Part shown: one piece after another, positions 18,501 through 27,440 of the stretch
How positions within the stretch are numbered: the first letter of the stretch is position 1
Layout of the letters: each line of letters begins with the position of its first letter
Source of the DNA: Thermodesulfovibrionales bacterium
GTDB lineage: Bacteria > Nitrospirota > Thermodesulfovibrionia > Thermodesulfovibrionales > SM23-35
NCBI GenBank assembly: GCA_963715195.1
Contig: CAVQRT010000031.1
Span: 96,001-160,000, forward strand
DNA: 64,000 nucleotides
Reading direction: 5' to 3'
Made by a program: the position numbers and the translations under genes
The notes under the pieces: generated by a model
Databases searched by the model: none
Seen by the model: only the letters and a program-made list of their open reading frames with translations
Told to the model about the DNA's origin: nothing

Positions 18501-19750
18501 GTATCAACTTCTTTATCAATAAAAGCAGCTGCTGTAGCCTGAGCCGTAATTTCGTTTTTTACAATGTCGGCCCCGACATAATCGGCAATCATGTATCTTC
18601 CCGAACCGGTAGTCCCGACACCCATAATCTCTACCTGGTCACCGACCTCTTCCCCTGTTTCTGCAAGACCCTGACGTACTGCCTCAATCGGGCGTCCGGC
18701 TGTCATAAGATACCGCTTTGACAAAAGTCTCCCCTCTTCATCAATCACGGCGAGATTTGTGCTGATCGAACCAATGTCTATACCAAGGTAGGCCTTTGTC
18801 TTATCGGAGGATTGAGAACGAAGGATCAAGGATGAAGAGCCATCGTTTTCCAGTGCAACAGGTATGCTATGCCCATGATCCCCTAAAGGAGGATATCCCT
18901 CCTCGACAGGGCGGTATGAATGCAAAAAATCATCGAGCAGCGATACGTCAAAATGGTGTATGGTGCCCTCATGCAGATTTTTCAGTGCCGCACCGATTGC
19001 CCCCATGAGGGCATAATCATCGGGAACAAGGAGGTCATCAATTCCAAAAATCTCCCTGAAGGCTCTCACCATCCCGTGATTCGCTGCCACACCACCCTGG
19101 AAGGACACCGGCTGCACGATCTTTCTCCCCCGCGATATAGACCCCTTAAAGTTTCGTGCAACGGCAAAGCAGAGACCCGCAACGATATCGTCAACGGGAG
19201 TTGCAATCTGCTGGAGATGAATCATGTCGGATTTCGCGAATACGCTGCATCGTCCGGCAATTCTGGGAGGTTTTTTTGATTGCAGGGCGAGGTTGCTGAA
19301 TTCATCTATGGTAAGCCGCAATCGCTCTGCCTGCTGGTCAAGAAAAGAGCCTGTTCCGGCAGCACAGACTGAATTCATCGAGAAATCCTTTATTGCGCGT
19401 CCATCCTCACCCAGAACGATAAGCTTGGAATCTTCTCCCCCCATCTCGATGATCGTTTTTATCCAGGGGAATAATGCATGAGTTGAGAATGCCTGCGCCA
19501 CAATCTCATTCACAGGCTTTATGTTGAGCAGAGAGGCAATGAGTCTTCCTGCGGAGCCGGTAACCGAGAGTGAAAGATTTTCCGGTGAAAGTGCAAGGTC
19601 TGGGGGGATTTCCCTGATAAGCTTCAGAGCAAAGGATAGAGAATGGCCTTTGTGCCTCTCATAACGGCTGTACAGTTTTCTCCCCTGTTCAGTGAGGACA
19701 ACAAGCTTTACGCTGACGGAACCGGCATCAAGACCGATGAAGTTCATCAC
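15548..19750 (-). CDS. Fused CoA-substrate-specific enzyme activase (two BadF/BadG/BcrA/BcrD ASKHA ATPase domains) plus 2-hydroxyacyl-CoA dehydratase-like domains
   Basis: Two copies of GxDxGS / TGS(A)GR / GG(E/Q)DSK / CAAGTGSFL; CKGCPNVC; ACFPVK, ECYPC, GPCRFGQY and PFGCMPG motifs. Confidence 0.9.
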   Translation of the reverse strand: MMNFIGLDAGSVSVKLVVLTEQGRKLYSRYERHKGHSLSFALKLIREIPPDLALSPENLSLSVTGSAGRLIASLLNIKPVNEIVAQAFSTHALFPWIKTIIEMGGEDSKLIVLGEDGRAIKDFSMNSVCAAGTGSFLDQQAERLRLTIDEFSNLALQSKKPPRIAGRCSVFAKSDMIHLQQIATPVDDIVAGLCFAVARNFKGSISRGRKIVQPVSFQGGVAANHGMVRAFREIFGIDDLLVPDDYALMGAIGAALKNLHEGTIHHFDVSLLDDFLHSYRPVEEGYPPLGDHGHSIPVALENDGSSSLILRSQSSDKTKAYLGIDIGSISTNLAVIDEEGRLLSKRYLMTAGRPIEAVRQGLAETGEEVGDQVEIMGVGTTGSGRYMIADYVGADIVKNEITAQATAAAFIDKEVDTIFEIGGQDSKYISLKDGVIIDFEMNKACAAGTGSFLEEQSEKLNISIKGEYEELALSAKTPCRLGERCTVFMENSLMANLQKGADRKDLLAGLAYSIVQNYINRVVAGKHIGEHIFFQGGVAFNRSVVSAFSKYLKKQITVPTNHDVTGAIGMALIAMQHKTDKKTRSTFKGFELSRRPYEISSFECKGCPNVCEINRVKITGEEGFLFYGGRCEKYDVRKRKHSGLPDLFAFREEMLWKEHESRKEHAKDNNQVSRPKIGIPYIFFFHDYLPFWTTVLWELGFHVEVSLKTDRQIVNLGLERVLAEACFPVKVAYGHIQYLLSQNVDALFIPSFINLNSPEDIYERGMACPHTQTIPYVSRIAFKGIKLLTPVVNLRQGKKFLLHELKRVLKPFRIKQSRISQALDAGEKAQKSFADAIKRKGSEFLSACKELSVVIIGRAYNAFDSGVNLEIPRKLSDLGIASIPFDFLPFEQYSIHKEWPNMYWRSGQRILKAARLVRDSHNLYPIYTGNFLCGPDSFILKYFKQEMGAKPFLHIEIDEHSADAGAITRCEAFIDSIQNRTADYMEHAVNRQKERIARHQAPMTKQVQRTIYLPRMSVHVHGIAAAFEHCGISAEVLPESDKTAIDLGKKFVSGKECYPCLVTTGDMVRKVMEADFIPEKSAFFMPSGTGPCRFGQYNVFHKIVLEKLGITDVPIFAPTQDTSFYADLGMVGKDFSLQSWKGIIAYELLTKSLHETRPYECSRGSADQLYDSYAQKLYHALRRTNGNNIDAVLGNMRKDFGHLPREAGKRPLIGIIGEIFVRSHKFSNDNLVRKIEALGGQVWLAPVEEWVYYVNLMGLRKALLKKDKSAIINFLLKRFFQKRIEHRYSRFFRDFLKTLHEPETKEILQKASPYVHSSFEGETILSVGKCIDLIERGASGIVNAMPFGCMPGTIVTAILRGITRDYGIPCISIPYDGTESPTVEIQLEAFMDQAKEYSAQ

Positions 19751-19783
19751 CTCTCCGATTGTTTCAAATTATACCACAGACAC

Positions 19784-19890
19784 GTCAGACTGAACCTGCT
19801 CGCCTGTCAGCAAGTATGCTTTCAAGACGTGGCAATCTGCCCGAAAAGGTTGAAATTGCTTGCCCCAATCAAGTTCGGGGCCGTGAAGAC
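19784..19890. repeat. Degenerate palindromic REP/RPE-like element
   Basis: gtc...cgtggcaatct...gaaattgcttgccccaatcaagttcggggc...gac; related to the 8130-8163 motif. Confidence 0.4.
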
Positions 19891-20026
19891 ACTTTATACC
19901 GCTGGATTTGGGTATTAAGATCCAATGAAATCACTAGCATGTCTGATCTCTTGCAACCATTCAGATTGCACTTTGCAGATTACTGCGGGGTTAGTTCATT
20001 ATTTGCCCAACGAATAAAGAGGCGAA

Positions 20027-20905
20027 TTATAAGGCAGGAACATTGAGCAACGGGAAATTCATCTCTTCACGTTGCTTGTAAAAAGCCCGTGCACAGAGCC
20101 GGGCTAGATTCCTTACCCGTGCTATATATGATGTCCTCTCCGTGACCGATATGGCTCCCCGCGCGTCAAGTAAATTAAAGGTGTGGGAACACTTCAGGCA
20201 AAACTCATATGAGGGAAGCACGAGGCCGATCTTGTTCAGCCTGATGGATTCTTTTTCATATGCGTCGAACTGCCTCATCAGAAGGTCAGTATCAGCATGA
20301 TCGAAATTGAATTTCGAAAATTCCACTTCGTCCATGTGGTGGATCTCACCATATGTTACTCCCTTGGACCACTCCAGGTTGAACACGTTATCCACTCCCT
20401 GCAGATACATGGCAATCCTCTCAAGCCCGTATGTCAGTTCAAGAGAAACAGGTTTCAGATCAATGCCCCCGACCTGCTGGAAATAGGTGAACTGGGTTAT
20501 CTCCATTCCATCAAGCCAGACTTCCCAGCCGAGCCCCCAGGCCCCAAGCGTGGGTGATTCCCAGTCATCTTCGACAAATCTTATGTCATGCTTGAGAGGA
20601 TCTATGCCCAGATAGGCAAGACTCTCGAGGTAGACTTCCTGACTCTCCTTCGGAGATGGCTTGAGAATCACCTGGTACTGATAATAGTGCTGAAGCCTGT
20701 TCGGATTTTCTCCGTACCGCCCGTCAGTAGGCCTCCGTGACGGTTCAACGTATGCAACTTTCCACGGTTCTGGACCAAGGACTCTGAAGAATGTGGCAGG
20801 GTGGAATGTCCCGGCCCCCACTTCAATATCATATGGTTGGAGAAGAATACATCCCTTATCCGACCAGAACTGCTGGAGCTTTCCAATAAGATTCTGAAAA
20901 TACAT
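20027..20905 (-). CDS. glyQ: Glycine--tRNA ligase alpha subunit
   Basis: [49 protein letters not shown] and TYGLERIA motifs; start MYFQ at 20905. Confidence 0.97.
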   Translation of the reverse strand: MYFQNLIGKLQQFWSDKGCILLQPYDIEVGAGTFHPATFFRVLGPEPWKVAYVEPSRRPTDGRYGENPNRLQHYYQYQVILKPSPKESQEVYLESLAYLGIDPLKHDIRFVEDDWESPTLGAWGLGWEVWLDGMEITQFTYFQQVGGIDLKPVSLELTYGLERIAMYLQGVDNVFNLEWSKGVTYGEIHHMDEVEFSKFNFDHADTDLLMRQFDAYEKESIRLNKIGLVLPSYEFCLKCSHTFNLLDARGAISVTERTSYIARVRNLARLCARAFYKQREEMNFPLLNVPAL

Positions 20906-20925
20906 AGAGTCTCCTGAGAGAAAAA

Positions 20926-20955
20926 AGCATAAAAGAAAGGAAAAAGGTTTGTCAA
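20926..20955 (-). promoter_or_regulatory. Putative sigma70 promoter of glyQ
   Basis: Minus strand TTGACA-18 nt-TATGCT, about 20 nt before the start codon. Confidence 0.5.
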
Positions 20956-21153
20956 ATAAATGAGATTGATTTTCAGGCATTACCTGCCAGAATTCTCCTT
21001 TAAACGAGCGAGAGCATATCGAAAAAGTCGTAGGGCGGATGTCCTTCCGGGATGTTGCACGGACTGTCTCTTCTTGGCGGGAACAGTCCAGATGGAAAAC
21101 GCTCGCCGGCTGCTTTCAGAGCGTGTAAAAAGTTTCGATTCAGACGCACATAT

Positions 21154-24100
21154 CTACGTTGAGGGACAAATTTGAGATGTACATCCGGAAAGATTCACTA
21201 TAGTATTCAGAGACTTTCCTTCCTTCATGTACTGCGTTAGCAAATCAGTAGGGACTGGAGGACTAAATATATAGCCTTGTATCCCGTCACTCCCCTGTTC
21301 ATGAAGGAATGCCAGTTGCTGTTCATTCTCCACACCTTCGGCGATGACCTTTAAATTGAGAGTGTGTGCCATGGCAATTATTGCATTAATGATAGCCCTA
21401 TCATCAGGATCAGTGCTGAGATTTCTTACGAAGGATCGGTCTATCTTTAAAATATCTATCGGGAATTTTTTAAGGTAGCTCAATGATGAATAACCAGTTC
21501 CAAAGTCATCAATTGAGAGTCTTATCCCCATGTTTTTCAATTCATTTAAAGTAATAATTGCCATTTCAGTTGATTCAATTAAGATACTTTCTGTAAGTTC
21601 CAGCTCTAAATATTTAGGTTCCAAACCTGTATCATTCAAGAGCCGAGCTACAGTTTCTAAGAAGGTTTTTTGTTTAAACTGAGCACTGGATATGTTTACC
21701 GTCACATATATCGGAGCAAAACCCGCATCCTGCCATGCCTTGTTTTGTGCACAGGCTGTACGCAATACCCACTCACCAATGGGAACAATGAGGCCAGTTT
21801 CTTCAGCCATTGGAATAAATGTCGACGGTGGTAGCAACCCTTTTTCTTCGTGCAACCAGCGTAATAATGCTTCCGCACCAATAATCTTCCCACTGCTGAT
21901 ATCTAACTGTGGCTGATAGTATACTTGTAACTCTTTGCGATCTAATGCCTTCCGTAGACTATTCTCCATTGCAATTCGTTCAATGGTAACAATGTTCATT
22001 GACTCTGTATAGAATTGGAAGTTATTTCTCCCTTGGTCTTTTGCATAATACATTGCCCTATCAGCATTCTTCAGCAGAGTGTCTACGTCTTCACCGTCAT
22101 CAGGATATAGGGATATCCCGATACTTGTGGTAATGAACATTTCATTGTTTCCTACAATAAAAGGGTGCCTAAATAAATCGAGGATTCTTTGAGCCACTTT
22201 TGATGCACTTTGAATGTTACTGATTTCAGTAAGGAGCAGGGTAAACTCGTCTCCACCCAAACGTGCCACAGTGGTATGTGACTCCTCTGTATCTATACGA
22301 GCGATAGTGTCACTTTTACGCACATATTTAGCTAAACGATCAGCAACACTTTTTAACAGGTTGTCTCCAACATCATGGCCAAACGTATCATTGATCCTCT
22401 TGAAATTGTCAAGATCAAGAAAGAGTACGGCTACCACTCGCTTATGCTGTTTAGCCGATGCTAATGCTTGTTGCAGGCGGTCTTTTAAGAAGTGACGGTT
22501 AGGCAAATCCGTTATCGTATCGTGATACGCAATATACGTGATTTGCTCTTCAGAACGCTTGCGATCACTAATGTCACGAACAATCCCTACAGAACACCAC
22601 TTTCCATTAATTTGGATTGCTGAAGTAGAAACTTCAATCGGAAATTCAGTCCCATCTTTTTTGATAGCAGAGAATTCTAATGTATTACCAATAGCTGGCC
22701 CTTGTCCCGTTTTCTTAAATTTCTCGAACCCCTTGCTAGCGTCTTCATGATATCTCTTGGGACTAAGAAACGAGTGTAAGTCTTTCCCTAAAGTCTCGTC
22801 GCTTGAATAACCAAATATTTTTTCTGCAGCAGGATTCCAATAAGATATCTTGCCTTCGCTATCCATTAATAGGATAGCATCCGCTGCTGTATTGCTGATT
22901 GCACGGAATCTTGCCTCACTTTCTTTCAGTGCTTCTTGTGATTTCCTGCGTTCAGTTATGTCTTTATCAACCCCACGGTATCCCTTCAGGTTTCTTTTCT
23001 CATCTAAAATAGGCATACCATTTGTTCGCACTAGTATTCTTTTCCCATCTTTCCGAATATTCCAGTTTTCAAGATCCTTGATAGGTTCTTTATTCTCGAC
23101 TATTTTTTGGAAAAGTGGCTTTATCATCTCTGCTTCTTTCGGTGGCATAAAATCAAAAGGTGTTTTCCCGATTATTTCTTCTGGTAAATACCCTAAGAGA
23201 TCGAAAACCTTCTCAGAACAATACGTGTAAGCCCCTTTTTCATCGACTTCCCAAATCCAATCTGCCATACTGTAAGAAATGTCCTTGAAACGTGCTTCAC
23301 TCTCACGTACTTCTTCCTCTGCCTGCTTACGTTCAGTGACGTCTCTCGCTGCACCTACCATTCCGATTACTTTGCCCTTATTGTTTTTCAGCGGAGATTC
23401 ATCTATCTCAAGCCACACTCTTCTAAGATCTTTCCTGTAAAGTTCTAACAGGTACGGTTTCTGCCTCTTGCCTGTCTTCAGAGCTATTTCAGTAAGTTCT
23501 ATGCCTATGGTATTAATCGGGTCTTCAGTAACAAGATTTGTCCACTCTGTCATCATTTCAACAGGGGAGTATCCCAGAATCTGCAGGCATTGTGGACTTA
23601 TAAAAATCAGCCTATGCTTCATGTCGTGGATATAGAAAATCTCGTTACTATGCTCAATGATGTTCTTGAGTTTCTGTTTACTTTCTTTCAGAGCTATCTC
23701 TGCCTGTTTACGATCGGTAATTTCTTGAGAAATATTATCAACCATATGATTCGTTACTTTCTTAAGGGATTCAAGTAACTCTTCGTTGGAATCTCCGCTG
23801 ACCCTTGCACTCAAGTCCCCTTTTGAGACTTTGTTTAATACGTCAAAATGTTCGGCAAGGCAAATGGCAAACTCATGAGATTGGTTGACGATTTCCCCGA
23901 TGTTTTCAGCTGTCAAATTCACTATTTGTTTTAGTTTATTTATCAACTCGATTTTTGATGTTTCTTGTGTTCTTACTGTCGGATCGCCCGTTGCAATCTT
24001 TTTCAATGCTTCGAATGTCTCTGAAAGACCAATGGCCAGCTCCATGTTTGTGTCTTCCATCTCACTATCTTTTTCGTCAACATGCTTCCTGAATCTCTTG

Positions 24101-24381
24101 AACTGTTTGCTTGCAGCTTTTATAGTGTCTCTCATTGCGGAAACATCCATATTCAAACTGAAAATCTCACAATCCAAACACATTTCCATCTTTTCTATGA
24201 ATTTCCCCTGGATTTCGTTTCGACAACGGGTTCCTGAAATAAGCCAGCACATGAGGTTTTTTATCTCATATGCAGGACAGTCTTTTTCTCTACAAGAAAA
24301 AACTTCCCAGCATTTTACCTTCTTGTGTATGACTCCTCTTCGATTCTCTTGACTCTTTTTGTTTAAAGCTGAATTTGGCAT
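21154..24381 (-). CDS. Diguanylate cyclase/phosphodiesterase: Cys-rich N-terminus, HAMP-like segment, 3 PAS, GGDEF and EAL domains
   Basis: LDLDNFKRIND, RLGGDEF, AEALLRW, ELELTES, DDFGTGYSS and AEGVE motifs; three PAS-PAC units ending D(V/I)(T/S)(E/D)R. Confidence 0.93.
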   Translation of the reverse strand: MPNSALNKKSQENRRGVIHKKVKCWEVFSCREKDCPAYEIKNLMCWLISGTRCRNEIQGKFIEKMEMCLDCEIFSLNMDVSAMRDTIKAASKQFKRFRKHVDEKDSEMEDTNMELAIGLSETFEALKKIATGDPTVRTQETSKIELINKLKQIVNLTAENIGEIVNQSHEFAICLAEHFDVLNKVSKGDLSARVSGDSNEELLESLKKVTNHMVDNISQEITDRKQAEIALKESKQKLKNIIEHSNEIFYIHDMKHRLIFISPQCLQILGYSPVEMMTEWTNLVTEDPINTIGIELTEIALKTGKRQKPYLLELYRKDLRRVWLEIDESPLKNNKGKVIGMVGAARDVTERKQAEEEVRESEARFKDISYSMADWIWEVDEKGAYTYCSEKVFDLLGYLPEEIIGKTPFDFMPPKEAEMIKPLFQKIVENKEPIKDLENWNIRKDGKRILVRTNGMPILDEKRNLKGYRGVDKDITERRKSQEALKESEARFRAISNTAADAILLMDSEGKISYWNPAAEKIFGYSSDETLGKDLHSFLSPKRYHEDASKGFEKFKKTGQGPAIGNTLEFSAIKKDGTEFPIEVSTSAIQINGKWCSVGIVRDISDRKRSEEQITYIAYHDTITDLPNRHFLKDRLQQALASAKQHKRVVAVLFLDLDNFKRINDTFGHDVGDNLLKSVADRLAKYVRKSDTIARIDTEESHTTVARLGGDEFTLLLTEISNIQSASKVAQRILDLFRHPFIVGNNEMFITTSIGISLYPDDGEDVDTLLKNADRAMYYAKDQGRNNFQFYTESMNIVTIERIAMENSLRKALDRKELQVYYQPQLDISSGKIIGAEALLRWLHEEKGLLPPSTFIPMAEETGLIVPIGEWVLRTACAQNKAWQDAGFAPIYVTVNISSAQFKQKTFLETVARLLNDTGLEPKYLELELTESILIESTEMAIITLNELKNMGIRLSIDDFGTGYSSLSYLKKFPIDILKIDRSFVRNLSTDPDDRAIINAIIAMAHTLNLKVIAEGVENEQQLAFLHEQGSDGIQGYIFSPPVPTDLLTQYMKEGKSLNTIVNLSGCTSQICPST

Positions 24382-25325
24382 CTCAATTTTCCGTTACACT
24401 CAACTTTACAGGAGAACAAGAGCCTCTATAATCTTTGGCATCATGCACGAAGATCTTTTTCACAGGCATGACAGTCTCTAATCATTTTGAAGATATCCTT
24501 GTCTCCTTAAGGTATTATTACCGTGATCTTCAAGACTGGTTGAAGGCACGTAAGACCTGAGGTGTTCAATATTTCTATTGCCATCCTTTAATTTCGCTTT
24601 ATTTGTGAATTACAATCTTACAATTCTCAAGCATATTTTATTCCAAAAGGGGGCGATCGTATAAGTTATTGATTATAAAACATACATTGAATTACTGGTT
24701 AATGATCTGAAGAGATTATGACAAATCCTGTCAATAATTTTCATAGCAGAATGAAACAAAAACTGACCGTATAGGTTTGGAGCGGAACTCTCCATGGGGC
24801 GAAGCATTGAACGATCCTTGATAGTTTGAACAGGATGCGGTTTTCCTAAATTATGCAATGACCCATTTAGTTTCGGCTATATGGTCCTGCATGCGGACAT
24901 GAAGTGCCATTTACGATTACAGGACATTGAACTAAAGAAGTGCAGGGAAGAGGGAAATAACATATCCAGAGAATAAGGTCTGGTCTTTTATCAAAAGGAA
25001 TGCCCCTGCTTATTCTCCTGATAATTTTTTGTTTTAGATGGATACAATCTGTTGTTAATACCGGTATATTTTCTTGAATACTCTCTCCGTTCTTCATATT
25101 GTATTCTATAATTTTGAACTGGGATATTGCATCCTGACGAGCATAATCCGCAGATTCTGAATGTCCATGTCACCGCATGAGACTATTATGCATTGCGGGA
25201 ACACACGCCTCACATGATTTTGTCTGCCCTTCCATAATTTTCTAAGAATGGATTGTACCTGCAGGGCAGAAAAAGCAGTTCCTCAGATACGAAAGACAAG
25301 ATCCTTGTGATATAATTTCATCCAC

Positions 25326-26423
25326 ATGCAAGAGAAGATCCTGATGAAGGGGAATGAAGTCATTGCTGAATCTGCGGTCAGGGCGGGCTGCCGTTTTTAC
25401 GCAGGATATCCTATCACTCCGCAGAACGAAATCCCCGAATACATGTCATGGAGGATGCCTGCAGTTGGGGGAACCTTCATCCAGGCAGAAAGCGAGCTCT
25501 CAGCAATCAATATGGTTTATGGGGCTGCAGCCGCCGGAATCCGTGCCATGACATCATCGAGCAGTCCGGGAATAAGTCTGAAGCAGGAGACTATTTCATA
25601 TCTCGCCGGTGCGGAACTTCCCTCTGTTATCGTAAACATGCAGCGGGGCGGACCGGGCCTCGGAAATATCTCCGGCAGCCAGGGAGATTATTTTCAGTCG
25701 GTGAAGGGCGGCGGACACGGTGATTATAAAATGGTAGTGTACGCTCCTTCCAGCCTGCAGGAATTGTGGGATTTAACCATGCTTGCCTTCGATAAGGCGG
25801 ATGAGTACAGAAACCCTGTCATGATACTCGGCGACGGAATCATTGGACAGATGATGGAACCTTTTTATCCAACCCCATACCGGAACCCTCACCTCACTGA
25901 AAAGAACTGGGTACTTGATGGATGCAGGGACAGGGAGCCCCGGGTAATAAAATCTCTCTATATGGGAGATGGCGAGCTCGAGATGAGAAATATTCTTCTC
26001 CAGAAGAAATATACGCAGATAAAAAATAGAGAGGTCAGATTCGAACAGTACTATTCGGAGGATTCTGAATGTATCATCGTTGCTTTTGGTATCGTTGCGC
26101 GGATTGCCCTCGCCTCTGTTATGAGACTCAGACGTGAAGGCTGTAAAGTCGGTCTCTTCAGGCCGGTCACCCTCTTCCCATTCCCCCAGGAAGAGCTTTT
26201 TCTCCTTGCCGGTGAAAACAGAAAATTTCTTGTCGTAGAAATGAATGCTGGCCAGATGGTCGAAGATGTTCGATTGGCCATTGATGGGCGGGGACCGGTC
26301 TTTTTTTACGGAAGACCGGGCGGAGCCATTCTGACACCGGAAGATATCGAGGCGAAGATTCGACAAACGCTCGATTACCAGCATCATACCGTCAGGAGCA
26401 GATTTCAGCAAAACGATATGTAG
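25326..26423 (+). CDS. vorB: 2-oxoacid:ferredoxin oxidoreductase alpha subunit (VorB-like)
   Basis: GNEVIAE, AGYPITPQNE, QAESE, TSSSSPG, RGGPGLG and VEMNAGQM motifs. Confidence 0.85.
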   Translation: MQEKILMKGNEVIAESAVRAGCRFYAGYPITPQNEIPEYMSWRMPAVGGTFIQAESELSAINMVYGAAAAGIRAMTSSSSPGISLKQETISYLAGAELPSVIVNMQRGGPGLGNISGSQGDYFQSVKGGGHGDYKMVVYAPSSLQELWDLTMLAFDKADEYRNPVMILGDGIIGQMMEPFYPTPYRNPHLTEKNWVLDGCRDREPRVIKSLYMGDGELEMRNILLQKKYTQIKNREVRFEQYYSEDSECIIVAFGIVARIALASVMRLRREGCKVGLFRPVTLFPFPQEELFLLAGENRKFLVVEMNAGQMVEDVRLAIDGRGPVFFYGRPGGAILTPEDIEAKIRQTLDYQHHTVRSRFQQNDM

Positions 26424-26425
26424 CG

Positions 26426-26460
26426 GGCCCCGTTTCGGGGCATTTGCCCCTTCTTTTTTC
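26426..26460 (+). terminator. Probable intrinsic terminator after vorB
   Basis: gccccg-ttt-cggggc hairpin followed by a pyrimidine/T-rich tract. Confidence 0.5.
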
Positions 26461-26472
26461 AGCAGCGGTGCC

Positions 26473-26501
26473 TTGACAAAAAAAATTGTGTCTGGTAATA
26501 T
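26473..26501 (+). promoter_or_regulatory. Sigma70 promoter of the str/S10 operon
   Basis: TTGACA (26473) - 17 nt - TAATAT (26496) with an extended -10 TG. Confidence 0.75.
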
Positions 26502-26564
26502 TTCCACTTGCTGTAGAATCCAGCAGTATTTAGTAGTATTTATAAATACATTCATGGAGGGACA

Positions 26565-26936
26565 TTGCCTACAATTGCGCAGTTAATAAAGAACGGACGG
26601 GAGAAGGTTCGTGTAAAAACTAAGAGCCCTGCACTCAAGTCATGCCCGCAGAAACGGGGCGTATGCGTGAGGGTTTACACAACGACACCCAAAAAACCAA
26701 ACTCGGCCCTCAGAAAAGTCGCGAGAGTCAGGCTCATGACCGGAATAGAAGTTACCGCATATATACCCGGCGTCGGGCATAATCTCCAGGAGCATTCCAT
26801 TGTCATGATACGCGGTGGAAGGGTAAAAGACCTTCCCGGTGTCCGATACCATATTATAAGAGGCACTCTGGATTCCATGGGAGTTTCCGACAGAAGACGG
26901 GGAAGATCAAAATACGGGTCAAAGCGACCCAAATAG
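26565..26936 (+). CDS. rpsL: 30S ribosomal protein S12
   Basis: [10 protein letters not shown] and [10 protein letters not shown] motifs; TTG start. Confidence 0.98.
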   Translation: MPTIAQLIKNGREKVRVKTKSPALKSCPQKRGVCVRVYTTTPKKPNSALRKVARVRLMTGIEVTAYIPGVGHNLQEHSIVMIRGGRVKDLPGVRYHIIRGTLDSMGVSDRRRGRSKYGSKRPK

Positions 26937-26948
26937 AGAGAGCTCATC

Positions 26949-27419
26949 ATGCCAAGAAGACGGGTTGTTGAAAAAAGAGAAATCTTACCGGATCCAAAAT
27001 ATAATAGTAAGATCGTAAGCAAATTTGTGAATGCGCTTATGGAGAGCGGCAAGAAGTCCACAGCAGAGAGGATATGTTATGGCGCATTCGAAATTTTAAA
27101 CCAAAAAACCGGCACCGATCCGCTCAAGGTTTATAAAACTGCACTTGAGAATGTAAAGCCCGTTCTGGAAGTTAAGCCGAGGAGGGTCGGCGGTGCTACA
27201 TATCAGGTTCCTGTTGAAATCAGGCCGCACCGGCGGACTGCACTTGCTTTTCGCTGGATCATCACCTATTCGCGGGCGAGAGGCGAAAAGACGATGCAGG
27301 AGAGACTTGCGGGGGAATTGCTGGACGCGTATAACAATACCGGGACTTCTATCAAGAAGAAAGAAGATACCCATAAAATGGCCGAGGCTAATAAGGCTTT
27401 TGCCCATTACAGATGGTAG
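26949..27419 (+). CDS. rpsG: 30S ribosomal protein S7
   Basis: [11 protein letters not shown] and [13 protein letters not shown] motifs. Confidence 0.98.
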   Translation: MPRRRVVEKREILPDPKYNSKIVSKFVNALMESGKKSTAERICYGAFEILNQKTGTDPLKVYKTALENVKPVLEVKPRRVGGATYQVPVEIRPHRRTALAFRWIITYSRARGEKTMQERLAGELLDAYNNTGTSIKKKEDTHKMAEANKAFAHYRW

Positions 27420-27440
27420 GAAGAATAGAGGAGAGAGATT

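Noticed and set aside
19643..20046. ORFs 19643-19918 and 19759-20046 (+)
   Set aside because: They span a degenerate palindromic repeat and have no protein motifs.
20960..21150. T-box or other known riboswitch upstream of glyQ
   Set aside because: No T-box (TGGNACCGCG) or other recognisable consensus, and the candidate promoter lies only about 20 nt from the start codon.
24382..24900. c-di-GMP riboswitch upstream of the GGDEF-EAL gene
   Set aside because: The class I and class II consensus elements could not be found by eye on either strand.
24673..25173. Short minus-strand ORFs, including a 76-aa Cys-containing one (24867-25097)
   Set aside because: No RBS, no recognisable family and an AT-rich spacer context; cannot be supported, though not excluded.
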